Below, in pieces: positions 27,776-32,000 of a stretch of DNA of 32,000 bases. The stretch comes from Halomicrobium mukohataei DSM 12286 (lineage in GTDB: Archaea; Halobacteriota; Halobacteria; Halobacteriales; Haloarculaceae), in assembly GCF_000023965.1 (NCBI RefSeq), contig NC_013202.1:390001-422000 (forward strand). Reading direction: 5' to 3'. The position numbers and the translations under genes are program-made. Each line of letters starts with the position of its first letter. The stretch's first letter is position 1. The notes beneath the pieces were generated by a model. It saw only the letters and a list, made by a program, of their open reading frames with translations. It was not told where the DNA came from and made no database searches.

Positions 27776-28444
27776 TCAGTCCAGTCGGTCGGCCAGCAAC
27801 TCGCTGACGACCGCGCCGGGCGACGCCCCGTCGAGCGCCGCGCGCCGACGCAGTTCGCGGTACACGGCCGGATCGAGTTCGAGTTCGAGTTCGCCCAGTC
27901 GGACTCCTTCGGCTTCGAGCGCGCTGGCGACCGACTGGCCCTCGTTGACGTCGCTCGCGACCGACCGAACCTGTCGGACGGTCAGATCGTGGTCGAGCGC
28001 AGCCCAGGCGAGGTGGAGGCGGGCCTCGCCGCCGACCCGAGCGATGTGTTTGGCCGCGGTGGGAGCGATGTGTCCCATGGCGACGTGACGGCGGATCGAG
28101 CGCGGGAGGTCGTGGACGCGGGACCACTTGCGGATGAACGAGACGGTGGCGTCGCCCCCAGCGCGTTCGGCGGCGGCCTTGTACGATCCCTCACCCCGGA
28201 CCAGCGCGGCACAGGCGGCCGCACCGCGGAGCATGTAGACGTTGTCGTCGGCACCAGCAGTGTTCTCTGAGAAAGCCCGGACGGTCCGTGCGGCCAGTTC
28301 GAGGCTCTCGGGGTCGTCGGGGTCGAACTCCACGGCCTCCTGGGCGCGCTGGCCGGTCAGGGAAGGGTCACCACGGATGACCGGCTTCCCGACCGGCGAC
28401 TCGCGCTCGGCGTGGCTGGGGCCGTCGCGGCCATCGGCAGTCAT
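27776..28444 (-). CDS. hypothetical DNA-binding protein: ParB-like HTH region plus C-terminal ribbon-helix-helix-like tail
   Basis: I trimmed it to MTADGRDGPSH (ATG 28444). The middle region, VHDLPRSIRRHVAMGHIAPTAAKHIARV, resembles a ParB/Spo0J HTH. The C-terminus, LELELDPAVYRELRRRAALDGASPGAVVSELLADRL, looks like a strand-helix-helix (RHH). Both domain calls are by eye. Confidence 0.6.
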   Translation of the reverse strand: MTADGRDGPSHAERESPVGKPVIRGDPSLTGQRAQEAVEFDPDDPESLELAARTVRAFSENTAGADDNVYMLRGAAACAALVRGEGSYKAAAERAGGDATVSFIRKWSRVHDLPRSIRRHVAMGHIAPTAAKHIARVGGEARLHLAWAALDHDLTVRQVRSVASDVNEGQSVASALEAEGVRLGELELELDPAVYRELRRRAALDGASPGAVVSELLADRLD

Positions 28445-28524
28445 CACTTCCTGTTGGGAACGGTCCGATAAAAGGGTCCGGTCCGACGTGTGTCGGGACA
28501 CGTCGGGACGCGTCTCACAGCGAC

Positions 28525-28674
28525 TCAGTCGTCTGCGGCAGCGTCGTCTCGGTTCTCCGAGAGGTGCTCCCAGATCTCGGTACAACCGCATCCGTCCTCG
28601 ACATCGTCGAGGTGGTCGGTCGCTGGCTCTTCGGCTTCGGCGTCTTCGCGTGAACTCTGTTGTGCGTCTGTCAT
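28525..28674 (-). CDS. unlisted 49-aa acidic microprotein with a CGC motif
   Basis: Hand translation of the minus strand gives MTDAQQSSREDAEAEEPATDHLDDVEDGCGCTEIWEHLSENRDDAAADD followed by TGA. It has GC-rich third positions and an acidic composition typical of real haloarchaeal proteins. It is below the 60-aa track threshold. An alternative start is ATG 28686 (MHKPMTD). Confidence 0.45.
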   Translation of the reverse strand: MTDAQQSSREDAEAEEPATDHLDDVEDGCGCTEIWEHLSENRDDAAADD

Positions 28675-28938
28675 TGGTTTGTGCATCGCGCCAGTGAGCG
28701 CGGTGTTTCGGTACTCACCCGTACTACCTACACCCGCATAAAGCCGCTCTCACCCGTAATCCCTTCCACCACTCCCGTTTGCCGGCAATATTTGTGGCCG
28801 TCTCCGACGGCGGACCACGAGTGCCGGACAGTGACAGATACCCCCATGGACCGACAGAGGGAGCGGGGATCGTCGCAGTTGCGGCGAAACTTGGCTACGC
28901 CGAACGACTGACGTGGCCCGCGAATCTAATGACATCTA

Positions 28939-29280
28939 ATGACGACCGACGTTCACCAGCTCGACGACGGGGCCTGGATCAGCGTCAACGACTCCCGAGA
29001 GGTGAACGTCAGCGACCTGTGGTTGCTGGCGGAAAGTGAGTTCTGCGGGTGTGAGCCGACCGATTTCCTCGCCGAAGGATTCGTCGATACGGGCGTCGAT
29101 CCCCCGAATATTCAGGCCCGTATCGCCGGTCGATGTATCGCCTGTGGAACGGAGGGCGTGACCGACTGGCTCACCGTCGGACGCGTCATCGACCCCGAAT
29201 CGGGCGAGTTCTACGGTGTCGTCCACGACAGCGTCCACATCCCGGAGAAGCGCCACCGACTGGCCGACCCGAAACAGTAG
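28939..29280 (+). CDS. small Cys-containing hypothetical protein (CGC ... CxxC) upstream of the siroheme reductase gene
   Basis: 113 aa and acidic, with FCGCEPTDF and GRCIACGTEG. It lies 92 nt upstream of the reductase gene on the same strand. A 10-nt tandem duplication, atctaatgac x2 (28925-28944), spans its ATG. Confidence 0.6.
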   Translation: MTTDVHQLDDGAWISVNDSREVNVSDLWLLAESEFCGCEPTDFLAEGFVDTGVDPPNIQARIAGRCIACGTEGVTDWLTVGRVIDPESGEFYGVVHDSVHIPEKRHRLADPKQ

Positions 29281-29372
29281 GCAACATTATCCTGTTGCGG
29301 GGAGAGGTGGGGAGCCTTGTCGAGAAGGCGTGTTGTATATGGGTGGGTCCCAAGAATAGAGGTACACTAACC

Positions 29373-31133
29373 ATGCCGACGAAAGTCGAGAACTGGAAGG
29401 ACGAGGTGTACGGCAACGAGATCCGTGACCACCTCATGGAGTTTGCCGAAGAGGGCTGGGACGCGATTCCCGAGGACGAACACGACGCCTGGTTCGAGCG
29501 CTTCAAGTGGTGGGGCCTGTACCACCAGCGCTCCGGGCAAGAGTCGTACTTCATGATGCGGATCGGGACACCCAACGGTGTCATCGAGCCCGGACAGCTG
29601 GAAGTGATCGCGGAGGTCGCCGACAAGTACGCCCGCGGCCCCGAGGAGAACCCGGAGTTCGGCGACGCCTACTGTGACTGGACGACCCGCCAGTCGATCC
29701 AGCTCCACTGGATCAAGATCGAGGACATCCCCGAAATCTTCGAACTGCTCGAATCCGTCGGTCTCTCGACCCAGCAGGCCTGTGGTGACTCCTGGCGAAA
29801 CATCGTCGGCTGTCCCGTCGCCGGCAAGGACAAACACGAACACATCGACGCCTGGCCGATCGCCGAAGACCTCCACGAGACGTTCAAGGGCGACGACGAC
29901 TACGCGAACCTCCCGCGCAAGTGGAAGGTCTCGATCACGGGCTGCGATCAGGGCTGTGGCCAGGGCGACATCAACGACCTCGCCTACGAGCCAGCCGAGA
30001 AGGACGGCGAACTCGGCTTCAACGTCCGCGTCGGCGGCGGCCTCTCCCGAAAGGAGCCCCGCCTCGCGCGTGACATCGACGTCTGGGTACCCCCGGAGAA
30101 GGCGGCCGACATCGGTCACGGGATGTCCGCACTGTTCCGCGAGTACGGCGACCGCGACGACCGGTTCAACGCCCGCATCAAGTTCCTCATGGACGAGTGG
30201 GGTCCCGAAAAGATGCGGTCGGTCCTCCAGGAGGAGTTCGTCGACTTCGAGCTTCCGCGGGCCGGCGAGGACATGCGCGACCAGTACACCTACAACGCCG
30301 GGGGCAACGAGCACGGCGACCACGTCGGCGTCCACGAACAGCCCGACGGCAACTACTACGTCGGCCTGGACGTCCTCGTCGGTCGGATGGGCGTCGACGA
30401 CGTGTACGAACTGGCCGAAATCGCCGAGGAGTACGGCTCCGGCGAGGTCCGGCTGACCCAGCGCCAGAACGTCATCGTCACGGACGTCGACAGTGACCGC
30501 CTCGACGCGTTCCTCGACGAGCCGCTGCTGGACGACTACTCGCCCGATCCCCACCCGTTCATGCGGGGCTCGATCGCCTGTACGGGGACGGAGTTCTGTT
30601 CGCTGTCGATCGTCGAGACGAAGAACCGACAGGTCCGCTACGCCCGCTGGCTCAAGGACAACGTCTCGCTGCCCGAGGGCGTCGAGGACTTCCACATCCA
30701 CCTCTCGGGCTGTACGGCCTCCTGTGCCCAGCCCCAGATCGCCGACATCTCGCTGCGGGGCATGAAGACCCGCAAGGACGGCGAGCCGGTCGAGGCATTC
30801 GACATCGGCCTGGGCGGCGGACTCGGGGAGAACCCCCAGTTCGCCGACTGGGTCGAGATGCGCGTCGCCGCCGACGAAGTGCCGGGCTACATCGAGAACC
30901 TCCTCGACGCCTTCGAGGCCGAACGCGAGGGCGACGAGACCTTCCGCGAGTTCGTCGCGGACCGCGACGAGGAGGCCCTACAGTCCCTGGCAGATCCCGA
31001 AGAGACGAGCTACGACGATCCGTACCTGGGCAACACGAAGATGACCTGGTACCCCTACGCCGAGGACAACGACATGCAGTCCTCGCCGGCACCGACCGAC
31101 GCCAACGACGAGCCGCTGCCGTCCGACGACTGA
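29373..31133 (+). CDS. ferredoxin-dependent assimilatory nitrite/sulfite reductase (siroheme + 4Fe-4S; NirA/Sir family)
   Basis: 586 aa with a duplicated NiR/SiR ferredoxin-like half-domain layout. The cluster/siroheme Cys motifs are CTGTEFCSLS (Cx5C) and SGCTASCAQ (Cx3C). It has an acidic C-terminal tail. I trimmed it to MPTKVENWK (ATG 29373). I cannot decide between nitrite and sulfite specificity by eye. Confidence 0.9.
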   Translation: MPTKVENWKDEVYGNEIRDHLMEFAEEGWDAIPEDEHDAWFERFKWWGLYHQRSGQESYFMMRIGTPNGVIEPGQLEVIAEVADKYARGPEENPEFGDAYCDWTTRQSIQLHWIKIEDIPEIFELLESVGLSTQQACGDSWRNIVGCPVAGKDKHEHIDAWPIAEDLHETFKGDDDYANLPRKWKVSITGCDQGCGQGDINDLAYEPAEKDGELGFNVRVGGGLSRKEPRLARDIDVWVPPEKAADIGHGMSALFREYGDRDDRFNARIKFLMDEWGPEKMRSVLQEEFVDFELPRAGEDMRDQYTYNAGGNEHGDHVGVHEQPDGNYYVGLDVLVGRMGVDDVYELAEIAEEYGSGEVRLTQRQNVIVTDVDSDRLDAFLDEPLLDDYSPDPHPFMRGSIACTGTEFCSLSIVETKNRQVRYARWLKDNVSLPEGVEDFHIHLSGCTASCAQPQIADISLRGMKTRKDGEPVEAFDIGLGGGLGENPQFADWVEMRVAADEVPGYIENLLDAFEAEREGDETFREFVADRDEEALQSLADPEETSYDDPYLGNTKMTWYPYAEDNDMQSSPAPTDANDEPLPSDD

Positions 31134-31185
31134 CGGTCGTCGGCGTGTAGGTAGCTCTTTTGTACCGGCCCGCGAACGCTCTCGC

Positions 31186-31449
31186 ATGGCATCTGACGGC
31201 GGTCGGAGCAACCTCAAGACGATCGCGCTGGGCCTCGCAGTGCTGTTCGTGCCCGCACTGATCATCGTCGCGACCCTGGAGTTTCTGATTCTCACGGGCG
31301 ATCTGGTTTTGAACGAGCTGACGCCGCTCGAACTCGTCGAGTTGTATCTCATCGACCTCGTGCTGTTCGCTGGCGGTGCGTACCTCCTCTATCGACTCTT
31401 GCTGTACTCGATCGGAGGCCCGCTCGGCGGCACAGACGACGAGGAGTGA
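31186..31449 (+). CDS. small two-TM membrane protein, hypothetical
   Basis: The sequence is MASDGGRSNLKTIALGLAVLFVPALIIVATLEF...LVLFAGGAYLLYRLLLYSIGG..DDEE. It lies 52 nt downstream of the reductase gene. Its TGA stop overlaps the first base of repeat copy C. Confidence 0.55.
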   Translation: MASDGGRSNLKTIALGLAVLFVPALIIVATLEFLILTGDLVLNELTPLELVELYLIDLVLFAGGAYLLYRLLLYSIGGPLGGTDDEE

Positions 31450-31528
31450 TACTACCGGCTGTAAATCTGTCACGGATTTCGCCACCCCGGGATGGCGAAT
31501 ATCTCATCGAAGTTACAGCCGGCAGTAC
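31449..31528 (+). repeat. 80-nt nested-palindrome interspersed repeat, copy C
   Basis: The termini are atactaccggctgtaa ... ttacagccggcagtac. The inner palindrome is ttcgccacc-ccgg-gatggcgaa. Confidence 0.85.
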
Positions 31529-31609
31529 GAGCGTCGCCGCGGTCGTGCAGTGTCGGCGACGGATCGGCAGTCACCGACGCTATAAGTTCGAGCCGCTACT
31601 GCATAGCAT

Positions 31610-31894
31610 ATGGTCGATCGGATCATGCGGGTCAACGCGTACACGACCTTCGATCTGCTGGAAGGACGCGTCAAGGGGCACGGCTTCGATGAAGACGCCT
31701 ATGCCGTGTTGAACGTCAGTACGGACACGCGCGAGGACCCCGACGCCGTCGAGGTACAGATCGAGATGGACAACACCGAGGTCGACGCCGTCGAGCCCCA
31801 CGCCGACACCGTGTCGCTGTCGCCGGCCCAGGCCCGCGAGATGGCCGCCGAGTTAGAGAAGTACGCCAGTAAAGTCGACGCCAGCGAGGAGTAG
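31610..31894 (+). CDS. conserved haloarchaeal hypothetical protein (resembles the family I remember as DUF6360)
   Basis: 94 aa and acidic: MVDRIMRVNAYTTFDLLEGRVKGHGFDEDAYAVLNV.... A TATA-like tataag at 31581-31586 lies 29 nt upstream of the ATG. Confidence 0.65.
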   Translation: MVDRIMRVNAYTTFDLLEGRVKGHGFDEDAYAVLNVSTDTREDPDAVEVQIEMDNTEVDAVEPHADTVSLSPAQAREMAAELEKYASKVDASEE

Positions 31895-32000
31895 CGCGGG
31901 TTGAGCACGGACCGGTAGAACGATCCCGTGGTTCTTTGGTGTGTCGTGACATACCTCGACCTATGTCGACCGATTCGCCAGGGAACCCTGCCTCCCGCGA

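Noticed and set aside
31962-32000. A possible start of another plus-strand CDS (ATG 31962, MSTDSPGNPASR...) at the window edge.
   Set aside because: Only 13 codons are visible, which is too short to evaluate.

Overview
The window is a high-GC chromosomal segment, roughly two-thirds G+C by eye. It looks haloarchaeal (class Halobacteria). This assignment is an inference from very acidic predicted proteins, TATA-like boxes about 25-30 nt upstream of many start codons (leaderless-type architecture), a tRNA without encoded CCA, and typical haloarchaeal small proteins. I support about 38 CDS and one tRNA-Val(UAC); no rRNA or CRISPR array was seen. The coding content is mostly housekeeping and transport:
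- Transporters: two paralogous fused ABC exporters, an AEC transporter and a ZIP metal transporter.
- Metabolic enzymes: ThiE, a 6-phosphogluconate dehydrogenase-like enzyme, a sugar-phosphate isomerase and a ferredoxin-type siroheme nitrite/sulfite reductase.
- Proteases: an M50 site-2 protease with CBS domains and an M28 peptidase.
- Regulators and RNA-binding: a REC-PAS-histidine kinase, a wHTH regulator, a PUA protein and an XRE regulator with a membrane partner.
- Ferredoxins: two unusual 2Fe-2S fusions, one membrane-anchored and one fused to a J domain.
- Other: two arylsulfotransferase-like beta-propeller paralogs.

Most long ORFs in the six-frame track are GC-driven shadow ORFs antisense to real genes. 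Many track ORFs also carry false N-terminal extensions, which I trimmed.

The main signals not explained by genes are:
1. An 80-nt nested-palindrome interspersed repeat present in three copies. Two inverted copies bracket the 3.7-kb reductase cassette, and two copies begin exactly on a TGA stop codon.
2. A roughly 490-nt non-coding, hairpin-dense segment (4137-4625) bounded by 11-bp terminal inverted repeats and 13-nt imperfect direct repeats. It is either an ISH2-like MITE or an undescribed structured RNA.
3. A lower-GC islet (about 10.4-11.8 kb) encoding an orphan Tat-secreted protein plus a small membrane protein.
4. Several recent tandem duplications: a zinc-ribbon microprotein pair, a DUF192 domain pair and a YegP domain pair.

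All family assignments come from motif recognition by eye. No database search was run.
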